Source: Octopus bimaculoides
Lineage: Eukaryota
Reading direction: 5' to 3'
DNA length: 64,000 bases
Assembly: GCF_001194135.2 (NCBI RefSeq)
Contig: NC_068999.1
Span: forward strand, 2,514,935 to 2,578,934
In this document: positions 1 to 11,988 of the stretch, one piece after another
Layout of the letters: each line of letters starts with the position of its first letter
How positions within the stretch are numbered: position 1 is the first letter of the stretch
Notes under the pieces: generated by a model
What the model was told of the DNA's origin: nothing
The model's database searches: none
The model's input: the letters and a program-made list of their open reading frames with translations, nothing else
Translations under genes and position numbers: made by a program

Positions 1-351
1 TCATGCTCAATACTCTAGTTATTACTGGTATTATTATTATTATTGTTATTATTATTATTATTTTCTACTGGAACAGGTTTGTAAAATCCATATTTGTAAA
101 TAAATATAAGGATGTTAACTTGCTCTCCAGTTAACATTGTTACCTTATTTAGGGCTGATGAAAAATCCATAAGAGACGTAGGCATTAAATAATTACCTAC
201 AAATGTGGATTTCAAAATTTTAGGTGGCCCTAACCATGCCAGTTGACTATACTAATAATAACATTCAGCTGTATTGACTACATGCAGCACTCTTCTTTCA
301 TTTCTGACTTTCTATGGAAACTTTCAATATCACCTATGTATATATATATAT

Positions 352-390
<39 letters not shown>

Positions 391-1544
391 TAACGTATGC
401 TTTTCATTTTGGCATGGGTTGGACGATTTGACTGAGGACTGGCAAACCAAATGGCTGCACCAGGCTCCAATCTCATCTAGCAGAGTTTCTACAGCTGGAT
501 GCCCTTCCTAACGCTAACCACTCCAAGAGTGTAGTGAGTGCTTTTATGTGCCAGTCAGGCAGTACTGGCAACGGCCATGCTCAAATGGTGTTTTTTATGT
601 GCCATCTGCACAGGAGCCAGTCCAACGGCACTGGCAATGACCTCGCTCGAATACTTTTTCACATGCCACCAGCACAAGTACCAGTAAGGCGATGCTGGTA
701 ATGATCATGCTCGAATGGTGCTTTTTATGTGCCGCCTGCCTGTGCTGGATCAGGCTAATGGTCAAAGATTTCCTAACATGGTCATCCTGTCTCTTCATCA
801 GGCCCACAGTACATAGGGATTTGAGAGCAATTTTGGTTGCTATTCCTTGTAGGTCAGATGACTGTGTGTAGGGTTTGTCCATGGCTCGTGTGCAATTGTA
901 TATATTTTACTTAGTGATTCATCCATCACTACTTCAGCAATTATGGGGAAGACTATGTTTTGCTGAAGAGGTCAGAATAAGCCAGAAACATGCCCAGAGT
1001 TGTGTCTCCAGTACTTTTACTCAGGTAAGTTAGTATTAACATATTTAATGCATGGAGCAATAAAAAAGCTAATTATGACAAAATATGCAGTGATCAAACA
1101 ATGATATTAATGGCTAATATTATTTTCATGTTTCCATTAAATACATTAGACCACATGGGTTATGTCTCATCAGCAAAGCATAAACTTTACCATTTTTACC
1201 AAAGTAATGACTGAAGGATCACTGAGTAAATTTATGCAATTGTACATTTATTAATATAGGAAAATAGAATTTTGTTTTGTTTCAAACATGTTTGCATCTG
1301 TTTTTCCATGCTAGACCAGGTTAGATAGATATAGTACTGAAGCATTGTTTTTTCAGCCAGGTACTCTTTGTTCTTTCTATAATCCTTACTTGTTGTTGAG
1401 CAAGGGATCTCTTATTTCTACATTGCTTCAGCAAATAATGTGTTAATAGGGGAAATGAAAACAATGTCACTGCTTCTAGCTCAGGGATTTTTGCAGAGAA
1501 CAAATGTAAACAAACACACAGACAAATATATATATATACAGGTG

Positions 1545-1810
1545 CAGGCATGGCTGTGTAGTAAGAAGTTTGCTTCCTAACCACATGGTTCCAGGTTCAG
1601 TCTTACTGCGTGACTCCTTGGCCAAGTATCTTCTATAGCCTTGAGCAGACCGATGCTTTGTGAGTGGATTTGGTAGACGGAAACTGAAAGAAGCCCATCG
1701 TATATAATGTGTGTGTGAGTGTGTTGTCTTTGTGCTTATGTTTGTTCCCTACCACTACTTGACAGCTGGTGCTGGTTTGTTTACATCCCTGTAACTTAGT
1801 GGTTCTGCAA
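1545..1810 (+). mobile_element. tRNA-derived SINE, family B (other copies: + about 12555-12920, 32850-33070, 36210-36365, 37345-37500; - about 23000-23240, 38100-38330, 38830-38970, 45030-45290, 48360-49490, 52280-52570)
   Basis: Recurrent TGGCTGTGTGGTAAGAAG (A box) ... GGTTCAGTCC (B box) ... GAGTGGATTTGGTAGACGGAAACTGAAAGAAGCC, with internal (TG)/(TA) microsatellites. Confidence 0.85.
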
Positions 1811-2026
1811 CCTTTTGAATTAAGAGAGTTGTGTTGATGTGTTGGTTGAGCTACCAATGCACACACCCAACAATGCATGACTTGTGTTCCTTGTGTCACA
1901 GAACGACATCAGGTCTGTTAGGTTTGTTCCGAATTGCTGTTTTTATTGGAGTGTTCCACCAGTATTCCTTGTTTTTTAAGGTGTGAATAACTACTGGCTC
2001 TGGTATTCCTTTGGTAGAAACGTCAG

Positions 2027-2270
2027 GTGACGAGCTGGCAGAAACGTTAGCGCGCCTGGTGAAATGTTTAGCGGTATTTCGTCTGCTGTTACGTTCTGAG
2101 TTCAAATTCTGCCAAGGTCGACTTTGCTTTTCATCCTTCCGGGGTCGATAAATTAAGTACCAGTTACACACTGGGGTCGATGTAATTGACTTAATCCCTT
2201 TGTCTGTCCTTGTTTGTCCCCTCTATGTTTAGCCCCTTGTGGGCAATAAAGAAATAAGAAATGTCAGGGC
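2027..2270 (+). mobile_element. tRNA-derived SINE, family A (other copies: + about 7715-7900, 14150-14570 x2, 27550-27750; - about 6920-7030, 7440-7680, 17760-18140 x2, 20300-20490, 46950-47140)
   Basis: Recurrent GAGCTGGCAGAA (A box) ... GAGTTCAAATTC (B box) ... GTCGACTTTGCCTTTCATCC ... GGGGTCGAT. Confidence 0.85.
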
Positions 2271-2816
2271 AATCCTTCCTGCCGATAACATTGTAAATAA
2301 TCTTTGCAACAACTATATCATGCCTCAGGGGCAGACAGTATGATATGGATGTATGCATGCATATGAATGATGGGCTTCTTTCAGTTTCCTACCTAATCCA
2401 CTCACAAGGCTCTCCCAACCCAGAATTAAAACAAAGAATACAATCCACTTATTTCTTTATATTGTTATCTTTGTAAGATAAAATCAACATTGACTCGTTA
2501 TCACTCGTTATCGTCATTTCTGTAAAGGTGATGTAAGTCATTTCTGCTGATTCATTGCTCTTGGTTTCATTTTCTATCATCATCATCATCATCATCACCA
2601 TCATCGGCAGTGGCAGCGATAATAATAATAATAATAATAATAATCCTTTCTACTATAGACACAAGGAATTTGGGGGGAGGGGGAGGGGTCTAGTTGATTA
2701 CATTGACCCCAGTGCATAACTGATACTTAATAATAATAATGATAATAATAATTTAACAATCTTTCTGTTTCCTGGATGTGTATATCGTTTTTTTTTGCTT
2801 TTGTTTTTACTTCCAG

Positions 2817-3032
2817 GGAACCCATTTGGACCCTTCTGGGATGGCCTAGGTGTTGATTTTGATGCCAACATGCCTTACACAGTCACTTACCAATTACCAG
2901 AACTATGGAAAGAAATGTAACTATATTTCTAACGACTGTTTATTCTTATCTTAATCGAGGCACACACAGCTATGCTTCCTTTTCTTTTCTCCAACTACTT
3001 GGTTGCTCATAAGTTTCGCTCCTACTTTATTA

Positions 3033-3083
<51 letters not shown>

Positions 3084-6000
3084 TGTAGCTGCTAGAACAA
3101 GAATAACCTGGGCAAAGTTCAGTGAGCTCCTACCTCTGCTGGTAACGAGGACAGCTGTGTGAAAAAGTGTCACACCTAACAGTTGAGGGAACCTGTGGAA
3201 GAGGTAAACCCTGTAAGACCTGAGATTTACTTCTTATTACTAGCAAGTCAAACATATTGTTGTTATTTAGCCCTAGGTCAATCCTGATCAAGCACATTGA
3301 CAATAAGCTGATGACTAAGTTTGATCTATAGGTCATGTCTTCTTTTCTCTTGTATTTGTATCAAACATATTCACTTATTCGAAGCCTTTCACATTCATAT
3401 TATTCTGTCAAGGATGCTATGAATGGCCCCTAATGGGAAATGGCAGCAACACACAACAAATGAGTGCCTTTCTGGAGACCTACCAAAAGTTAACGAGAAG
3501 ATCAGGCAAAGATGGCTGCAACTGTCTGGTCACTGCATGTGCCACGTGCCACCCTGAACTGGAAGCACCCAGATTAGTTTTGTGGGACCCACTTCATGGT
3601 GATGTAAGAAGAGGAAAACATGGTCACACTTACATCAACGACTTCATTGCAGAAACTGGCCTGCAATGTCTCCAGGACATCAAGGTAGTGATAATGGACT
3701 GGGTGGGCTTTGTTGCTGTGGCCCAGGCTGGAACCCAGCCATAATAATAATTATTCTCATTGTTTTGTTTTAATCATGCATTATCTTGTTGCTCTAAGAT
3801 TTCGATGATGTGATTGTTTGTTTTTAGACTGACATTGTAGTATAGGTGTGAGAGGCCAGATCTGGCCAGTTTAAACAAAAAACTGGTAGAATATTTGGGC
3901 CTGATATGGCCAGTTTAAATGCAAAAGGGTTAAAGAGAGTAGCAATGTTTCGAGGAGACTTCACTACTACTTCTAGCATGTTGAGTGACCACATAAAAGC
4001 TCCTTATGTGTAATTATGATATTTTGTTTATTTATTGTGTATGTTTTATTTCCCCCCCCACTTATTTAAAGGTACCCGTCATCTAAATACCCAGTGGTTG
4101 CCATGCGTGGAGCCCCTTCCAGTTTCCCCGTAGCAGAGCAGTATGTTTCTTTACACAAATATCTTTATTGGTCTGATGCCATTGAAGCACGGGTCAACGA
4201 TTACATCGAAGATACATTTGAAGGAAAAGACTTCATTGGGATTCACTTACGGAATGGTGTAGATTGGGTGAGTGATGGAACTTGCTTCACCATTTAATGT
4301 CTCTTCACAACAACAACAACAATGTTCGTTTGAGTATGTCGTTCTTCTTCATCTTCTTCACCTTCTCCTTCTTCATCTTTTCTTCTTTCTTTTCTCCATT
4401 TTTGTCTTTCTTCTTTATTTCCTTTTCCTCTTCCTCCTTCATCTTTGTTTTCGTTCTCTTTCATTTTTTCTTCTCCTCCCTCTCCTCCATATTCTTTCTT
4501 CTCCTTAAACCAGTATGTGTGTGTGTCAGGGCGTGTAATAAGAGCAGTCCTTGTGTGTAATATTTTTCAAAAAAAATTCTATGGTCAGGGGTACAAAAGG
4601 AAGCCTTTCTGTAAAGATGTGTGTATTACTGTTTTCATGACTGAATTATTAATACTAATGTTAATTATGGTAATTTTTAATTTTACTTAGGTGAACGCCT
4701 GTGCTAATGTTGATAAATACAAGATGACATCTTACATGGCGTCACCTCAGTGTCTCGGCTACAGAGGAAATCGCTTAGTGACGCACCAAATTTGTCTCCC
4801 TTCTGCTGATGAAGTCATTAGGTACAGTCAGCCGACTTTTTCTCTTATTGGAAACACATGCACACACCCACACACAATCTCCCACCACACACACACATAA
4901 GTATGCATGCACCACTGCACACAAGTGTGTATATATATGTACCATAACATATGTATGTATCAACACATGATCTTGTGCACATACTACTACACACACATGC
5001 ACATACACATATGCACATACACACACACACGTGTGTGTATGCATGCATACACACAAATGTGTGTATATATATATATATATGTACATATACATTGTTGTTG
5101 TTGGCACTCCGTCGGTTACGACGACGAGGGTTCTAGTTGATCCGATCAAAGGAACAGTCTGCTCATGAAATGAACGTGCAAGTGGCTGAGCATTCCACAT
5201 GAGGAAATATTACCTTGCTTGGAGAGACAAATGAGAGTTGTTAACAGGAAAGGCATCCAGCCATAAAAAGTTTGCCTCAACAAATTCTGTTTGACCCTGT
5301 GAAAAGATGGAAAAGTGGACACTAATAAATGATGATGATGATGAACAATAAAGTTATACCTTGCCCTACTTTAAACATGCATTTAACAAAACAAAAAAAA
5401 CCTGTATGAATCACTTAAACGATGTCTAATTTCCTGTTTTCAATTCTTAGAACTCAAAGACTTTGCTTATATCTTGTCATAAGGCTCATTATATCTCTTG
5501 TATTTCTTATCCTATCTGTCTGTAGATGATAAAAATAGCTCTGTTTAATTTATTTACAACAGAAAAAAAAAAAACTGAAGAACAAAGCAAGTGAATTTAA
5601 GAAGTCTTTTATTGTGGTCTTTTTTTTTACGTCTTTATTTCAGATTAACGAAAACCATTGTTACTGAAACTGGCATCAACATTATCTTTGTTGCTACTGA
5701 TAAAGACCCCATGATTGAAGTATTAGAGCAACAACTGAAAGCACAAAAGGCAAGTATTATATATAGTTAGGCAAGGTAGGCAGTGCCTACCTGAATAAAA
5801 TAGATTCGAAAGCAACATTTTCCTTTTATGGCAAAATATGCACCTAATTCAATATAATTTGGAAGGTTACTCTGATTATTACGCATAAAATGCAAAATGT
5901 TTTATATTTTCATAGATTAGGTAGGCATAATTCGTCCCTGCTTTTCAATCTCAGTATTTAAGCAATGCACAGTAACTGCTGTAGTACACGTGCTGTGTAC

Positions 6001-6413
6001 ACTCCAACAACATGTTCTGTATGTGATATAAAGGCAGAAGTGTTAAATTCATGTGGTGAATAAACTGTCGTTTAAATTATGCAAAAATGAAAATAACACT
6101 GATGTCTCATTTTAACACAACATTCTTCTCATTTTTCTCTTTTCTTTCCCTTTTTGTTTGTTTCTTTTTTTCTTTCTTTCCTGTCCCTCTTCCTTTCTTT
6201 CCTTATTTCTCTTTCTTTAAATTTCAACTTTTTTTTCTCTTCCCGAAACAGGTGCAAGTATTCCATCTAGATCCATGGTTACCACAACTGGATCTTGCAA
6301 TCCTGGAGAAATCAAAACATTTTATCGGAAACTGTATTTCTTCCTTTTCCTCATTTGTTGCTCGGGCCCGACTGCGAGAAAACGCACCAACATCCTACTG
6401 GGGTTTCAGTTAA
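2817..6413 (+). CDS. POFUT1: Protein O-fucosyltransferase 1, 3' part; coding exons 2817-2916, 4072-4267, 4691-4821, 5644-5749, 6252-6413; 5' exons lie upstream of the window
   Basis: Spliced translation (G)NPFGPFWDGLGVDFD...YPVVAMRGAPSSFPV...FIGIHLRNGVDW VNAC...MASPQCLGY...IFVATD...DLAILEKSKHFIGNCISSFSSFVARAR matches the POFUT1 motifs GNPFGPFW, HLRxGxDW, ASPQC and FIGNCxSSF. Exon phases are consistent. Introns are GT-AG except 5750-6251 (GC-AG). Confidence 0.95.
3035..3078. repeat. (AT)n microsatellite; many others in the window, e.g. (ATT)n 30-62, (CAT)n 353-390, (AT)n flanking the gaps at 35514, 40235, 48508 and 52370
   Basis: Read directly. Confidence 0.95.
3400..3744 (+). mobile_element. 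Degenerate RTE-type LINE ORF C-terminus in a POFUT1 intron
   Basis: HPELEAPRLVLWDPLHGDVRRGKHGHTYINDFIAETGL resembles the RTE C-terminal H..RHPE...LVLW.P.HG...RGR..TYI...DTGL pattern. Confidence 0.6.
5750..6251 (+). other. Non-canonical GC-AG intron of POFUT1
   Basis: AAG|GCAAGT donor. The nearby GT (+5) would shift the frame of the last exon. Confidence 0.8.
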
Positions 6414-8138
6414 CCTTAGTTATCTATTTATACAACCACCCGTTGTGTCTTATTTGTTCATGTTTGTTTGTTTGTCTCTTGAGTGATGTTAAGCAAATTT
6501 GGTCCGTCACATTGGAAGAAATGTCAAATTCTCTGAAAGCCAAAGCAGAAGATCAAATACCAGTGAAAACCAGATGGAATAATATTTGCACATCTGACGT
6601 TCTTGGATAAAGTTTTTTTATTTCTTNNNNNNNNNNNNNNNNNNNNNNNNNNNNNNNNNNNNNNNNNNNNNNNNNNNNNNNNNNNNNNNNNNNNNNNNNN
6701 NNNNNNNNNNNNNNNNNNNNNNNNNNNNNNNNNNNNNNNNNNNNNNNNNNNNNNNNNNNNNNNNNNNNNNNNNNNNNNNNNNNNNNNNNNNNNNNNTTTA
6801 AAAATTAAAATTTTTTGTACATAATGTTCTTTTCTTTTTAATAAATAATTAAATAAATGAAAGCATTTCAGAAATGAAATCAAAGATGTTTGTAAGATTT
6901 CTTTGATTGATGTGTTTGAACTCAGAACGTAAAGACAGACGAAATACCGCTAAGCATTTCCTCTGGTGTGCTAACGTTTCTTATTTCTTTATTGCCCACA
7001 AGGGGCTAAACATAGAGAGGACAGACAAAGGGTTTCTCTGATGCAATCTGCAATATCTTACGTGAATTTAGCTTTAACCCCAACGTCTTTAAAAAGCGAA
7101 GTGAATTCTGTTAGTGAAACTGGAGTTACCTCCCGTGGCTGAGAAAGGCGAGGATCAAATCTAGTTGTCTCCTTTCCATTGTCAGAAAATGGAAGAAATA
7201 CTACGACCCGTTTCTTTTGAAATGGTCTGACAGAATTTGTTGAAGACAAACACTATCTCCCATACATGAACTACATAAAACATCCTTCTAAGAGTGTGTG
7301 ACGAGAAATTTCGTCATCTCACGGATGACGTCGAATTTCAAAGAAATGAATCCGAAGTTGCCATCCTTAGTTGCACTTCTATCGGAATGGCTGTTAAGTA
7401 AGGCAAACTCTGAGGCACATTCCTCTTGAAGGGTGCAACGATTCTGACAGCTCGCTGCCTTACATTGCTATGAATATTAGTTTCAAATTTTGGAAGAAGG
7501 CCAGTAATTTCGGGCAAGTGGGTAAGATCAATCCCGGTGTTCAACTGGTACTTATTTTATTGGCCCTGAAAGTATAAAGTCGATCTCGGCGGAATTTGAA
7601 CTCAGAATGTAAAGAGGTAGAAGAAATGCCACTACATATGTTGTATGCTTACAATTCTGCCTGCTTGCCGCTTTTACATTGCTGCTAATATTAATTTGAG
7701 GCAGAAGCGGTTACCGCATCGTTAGCATATCAGGCAAAATACTTAGCGGCATTTCGTTTGGTTTTATGTCCTAAGTTCAAATTCTGCCAAAGTCGACATT
7801 GCCTTTCATCCTTTAGGGGTCGATTAAAAAGTACCAGTTTGAACATTAAAGTCGATATAATCTACTTACCCGCTCTTATAAAAATTGCTGGCCTTGTGTC
7901 AACATTTGAGAATATTATTAATTTCAAACATAATGATGATTGTATATAGTCTGCAGATCTTTAGAAATTCGAGAAACACATATTTCCTACAAGCAAACCT
8001 TACAAGGCTTGCAGACAAGTATTTATAACTCACTGAAAACTGCTATGTCGGGTGCTTTCAGCAAAGACACTGAACGTTGCTGGAACTTTTTTCTGTTGGG
8101 AACATCAATTATATTGTCACCGTTACTAAGTTGTCTTA

Positions 8139-11100
8139 ATGGCGGCTCCCGGCAAACATCTATCGAATGCAACAGATTCTGAGACTGTTGCGAAAAAGAA
8201 ATGTTTTCCTGGTCATTGGAGTCAGGGATTATTATCTTCCATGGAAAACCCTGAGTTACGTGTAGACAGTGACGACCAGGTTGTAGTTATAAAAGATAAA
8301 TACCCAAAGGTATTATTTGGCCTTCCTACTCATTTGTGCCACGCACCGAGTTTCTTGCCGAATGACTTACAGAAAAATGGATATTTATTTATGAAAATTT
8401 CCACAAATACTTTTCAGATAGTGTAGATTCCGATATAATCGGAATCTGTTGTGAAAATTTTTTTTTCCGGGAGTGGAGAGAGGAGTTTCGGAAAATTCAC
8501 CCGAGTCGGCTTTGTTTCCTCATAAGTTTCAGAAAAATGGGTATTTTTTAATGAGATTTTCTACAAATACTTTTCTGAGTGTATAAATTACGTTTATGTC
8601 GGATTTCGATGTGAAAAGAAAAATAGTGAGAACACAGGCATACATACTGACACATCGCGATTTTTTTCGAAATTTCAAGTTTCATTTTGTAGATATATAT
8701 GACGAGTGTCTTATGTATGTGTACGAGTCCACCAAATCCTTTTTTTTTTCACATAAAATTCCGATGTAATCGTAATTTACACACTCTGAAAGGTATTTAT
8801 AGAAAATTTCATTGAAAATTAACCATTTTTGTGAAAGTTATGAATAAAGAAAACCGTCTCGTGTGGATTTTCCGAAACTGCTTGCCATATGCCTGGAATA
8901 GTTTTTTCTCCACATCCTACGACGTAATTGAAATCTACACTGTCTGAAGCGTAGTTGTGGACCCGCAAAAATCTTATACGGACTCTCAGGGACCATTACA
9001 CGAAAATTATTTTAGGAAGACTGAAATCATTTCTATAATTAATAAAACTACATTTTTAGGGGGGGGGGGGGTTTCTTCATTTTTTTTTATATATGGGTTT
9101 GCTAGTTTCTATCATCATTTTATTTCCTTCTAGGCTAAATATCATTTCCTAGTTCTTCCAAAAATGAAGATTTCAAATTTGAAGTCTGTTACCAAAGATC
9201 ATGTCAGTCTTCTCAAACATATGCATAAAATGGGAAGTAAGATGGCCAAAAGGTAAGTCTTAATTTTATTATGATTAAGAAATAAACTAATATTTATCAA
9301 TCCTAAAGATTTAATGTCACTTACTTGAGACTTTCCATGATTATCGGAATCTACGAATGAGTGAGCTATCCAGATAAATCCAGAGAGAAACAGATATGGA
9401 AATATTGATAAAAGCAAAAGCCTTATAAATTGTGTATAACTGCAACTTCAATTGAAATTGAGATACTGACTTCATTCACCAGGAACTTAAACCAAGAACT
9501 CCATCGATTATGATGAAGAGGGTTTCAGTTGGTGCAATCAATGGAAAATCCTGTTTGTTTAATTAACGTGCAAATGATTGAGTACTCCACAGACATGAAT
9601 ACCCTTAACTTAGATCTCGGGGAGATTCAGTGTGATACAGAATGTGACAAGGTCGGCTCTTTGGAAGACGGGTACAATTCATTTTTGCCAGCTGAGTGGA
9701 CTGCAGCAAAGTGAAATAAAGTGTCTTGCTCAAGGACACAACACATTGATGGGAATCGAACTCACCACTTTACGAGTGTGAACTGAACGCCCTAACTGCT
9801 AAGTGCTGCACCTTTGCAGAAACTTGTTTCCAATTTGACAACATTCCACTTGCATTACACAATATATATTGACACTTTATTATGGAAATTTTAAATATAC
9901 CACATTTTATAAGCAAAGGAAACAAATGTTTGTGTACAATTTTCACAGGTGATTTCAGAATATAAGAATGATGTCTCTGAAAACTAAATATTTCACAGGT
10001 GATTTCAGAATATTTTAAAAGGCTGCACAATAGGAATGATGTCTCTGAAAACTAAATTTTCATTTTTTTACATCCATTTTTCTATGCTTGGAAAGCTGAG
10101 ATCCTTTAGTACACCCAATTTTTTTTTAATATAATTGGTGACCCTTCTCACCTTTATCCACTCAACCCAGGAGTAAGAGTGTCACCTCACTGATCAGTTT
10201 ATTTGATCAAGGGATCTAATATAATTTTCTTGATTTGGTCTATTTCAGGAGTGATGAAAATCTTAAGTTTAAGATTGGATACCACAGCATCCCTAGCATG
10301 GGGTATGGTACTATCAAACTTTTTTATTTCTATTTTAAATTTTTTGAAGCTTATAGCTTATTGTATTTTATAATAATAGTATGTAAAATGGCACAATCCC
10401 AGCAAACTAATAAACATTTCCTGTGAGCTACTCTGAGCTACTTTTCTCATAATATAGTGTCAGTGAAATCTGAAACTCCTGTTATTTTAATACATACTCT
10501 CTGTTGCCAAAAACTTGGAGTATATCTTGACATAGAAGACCTCTGAGGTCAGTGACTCCAAATAAGAACTGATTTAGAGTGTAATGACCCATCCAACCCA
10601 TGCCAGTATGGAAAAACAAACATACAAGTTTTAAGTTCCCAAGATATTGTAAAAGTGATTTTCAATGATCCTATATCCTGGCAGATGAAATAAAGATAAT
10701 CCCATTGATAAATACTCAAAGATTAGTTCTGTTTGGTGTAATAATTTATTATTCTATTTCTGTCTGAATACACAAATGTAAGAAATTTCTCAATTTAGTC
10801 TCATATTTAACTATAACAAACATTGTTAATAAAAAGAAGTACCACTCATGACTGTACTTCATTTTTCCAGCCAGCTCCATCTTCATGTGATCAGTGAAGA
10901 CTTTTGCAGTCCATGTTTAAAAACTAAGAAACATTGGAATTCTTTCACAACAAGTTATTTCATAGACTCAATGGGTGAGTATATTTATTGTACTAAATCA
11001 ATATTTTATTACTTTAAAAGGTAATGTCTTACTTAAAAATATCCTGATTCAGTTATATGTAAACAGATAGCTTTTCTTTGCATTCGCAAAAAATGTAATA

Positions 11101-11988
11101 AAGCAAAAAAAAAAAGAAAAAAAACAACAAAACAAGTGAGTAAATTATGTTTAAAAGTATTACGTAGTGCAAAAATAATAATCCCTATCTAATAGAATTA
11201 AGTTTTCAAAGTGTGTTAGACTGTGGTCATGCTGGAGTATGGCATTATTATTCCCCACCACTCTGCATCAAAATATTAAATCCTGCTACAATCTGAAACT
11301 CGTATTTGTCTTTTAAAGGTTCAAGTAGCCTCCCCTCTTTCACAATTGGTCTCCATCCTCGGTCTCAGCATTTTTCATCTCATCCTGTTTTTCAAATGTA
11401 TTTTTAGAGGTTATCGAAACAGTTCAGAAAGAAGGCAAGCTCTCATTTGATGAAACATTAAATCAGAAATTACTGAAAGAAAATCTCAGGTAAATTCACG
11501 TCTAACACACTCCAATTCCTAAGTAGAAATCCTATTTATTTGATATTAATTAAGGTTATTCTAATGTTGTATAATAGTAATTTTATTTGTTTTGTTTGTT
11601 TTTTAATTCAAATTTTAAATCATATTCTCTGAATATATTTGTCTATTTACAAATAATTGTTATACAAACTTTCTTGAGTCCTCTGCTCTAGACTTCCTAC
11701 TCTTGTAATTCTCTTTCTGCCACCGTTGTCCACTGTAGAATTTCAAACTAAAAATCAAACTTACTGATCTGAGAGGAGCTCCATCTCTAACTAATTAAAA
11801 TTTTAAAAATACTTACAGTTTGGACATTTACATTGAATATAGTCTTTGTTTTTTGTTAAGCATGCATATTATTCTTGTTCTTTAATATGTATTTTTCTAA
11901 TTTCAGGTGTCATGTATGTCACAAGGAGATCACAACAATGCCGGCTCTCAAACAACATATCACTCAACACGATTATTCCATCAAATAA
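8139..11988 (+). CDS. APTX: Aprataxin (HIT domain + C2H2 zinc finger, no FHA domain), 203 aa; exons 8139-8309, 9134-9252, 10249-10302, 10871-10974, 11408-11489, 11907-11988
   Basis: Spliced ORF (612 nt, all GT-AG): GHWSQGL...[19 protein letters not shown]...LLKHMH...[39 protein letters not shown]...[23 protein letters not shown]. These are aprataxin hallmark motifs. Confidence 0.95.
8350..8960. mobile_element. Foldback-type element in APTX intron 1 (two direct units followed by two inverted units)
   Basis: The unit AGAAAAATGG.TATTT...ACAAATACTTTTC.GA.AGTGTA.A.. occurs at about 8370 and 8530, and reverse-complemented at about 8740-8840 and 8890-8960. Confidence 0.6.

Noticed and set aside
15-215. 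Minus-strand ORF with DFSSALN (RT-like) and poly-Asn
   Set aside because: There is only a single short motif, and the poly-N comes from an (ATT)n microsatellite; support is insufficient.
4272-4560. Hydrophobic F/L/S-rich ORFs (also 6087-6250, 23519-23912, 35035-35343)
   Set aside because: These translate pyrimidine-rich low-complexity intron or intergenic tracts; they are not membrane proteins.
4775-5200. Cys/His-rich ORFs resembling metal-binding proteins
   Set aside because: They are translations of (CA)/(TG)/(TA) microsatellites and a SINE.
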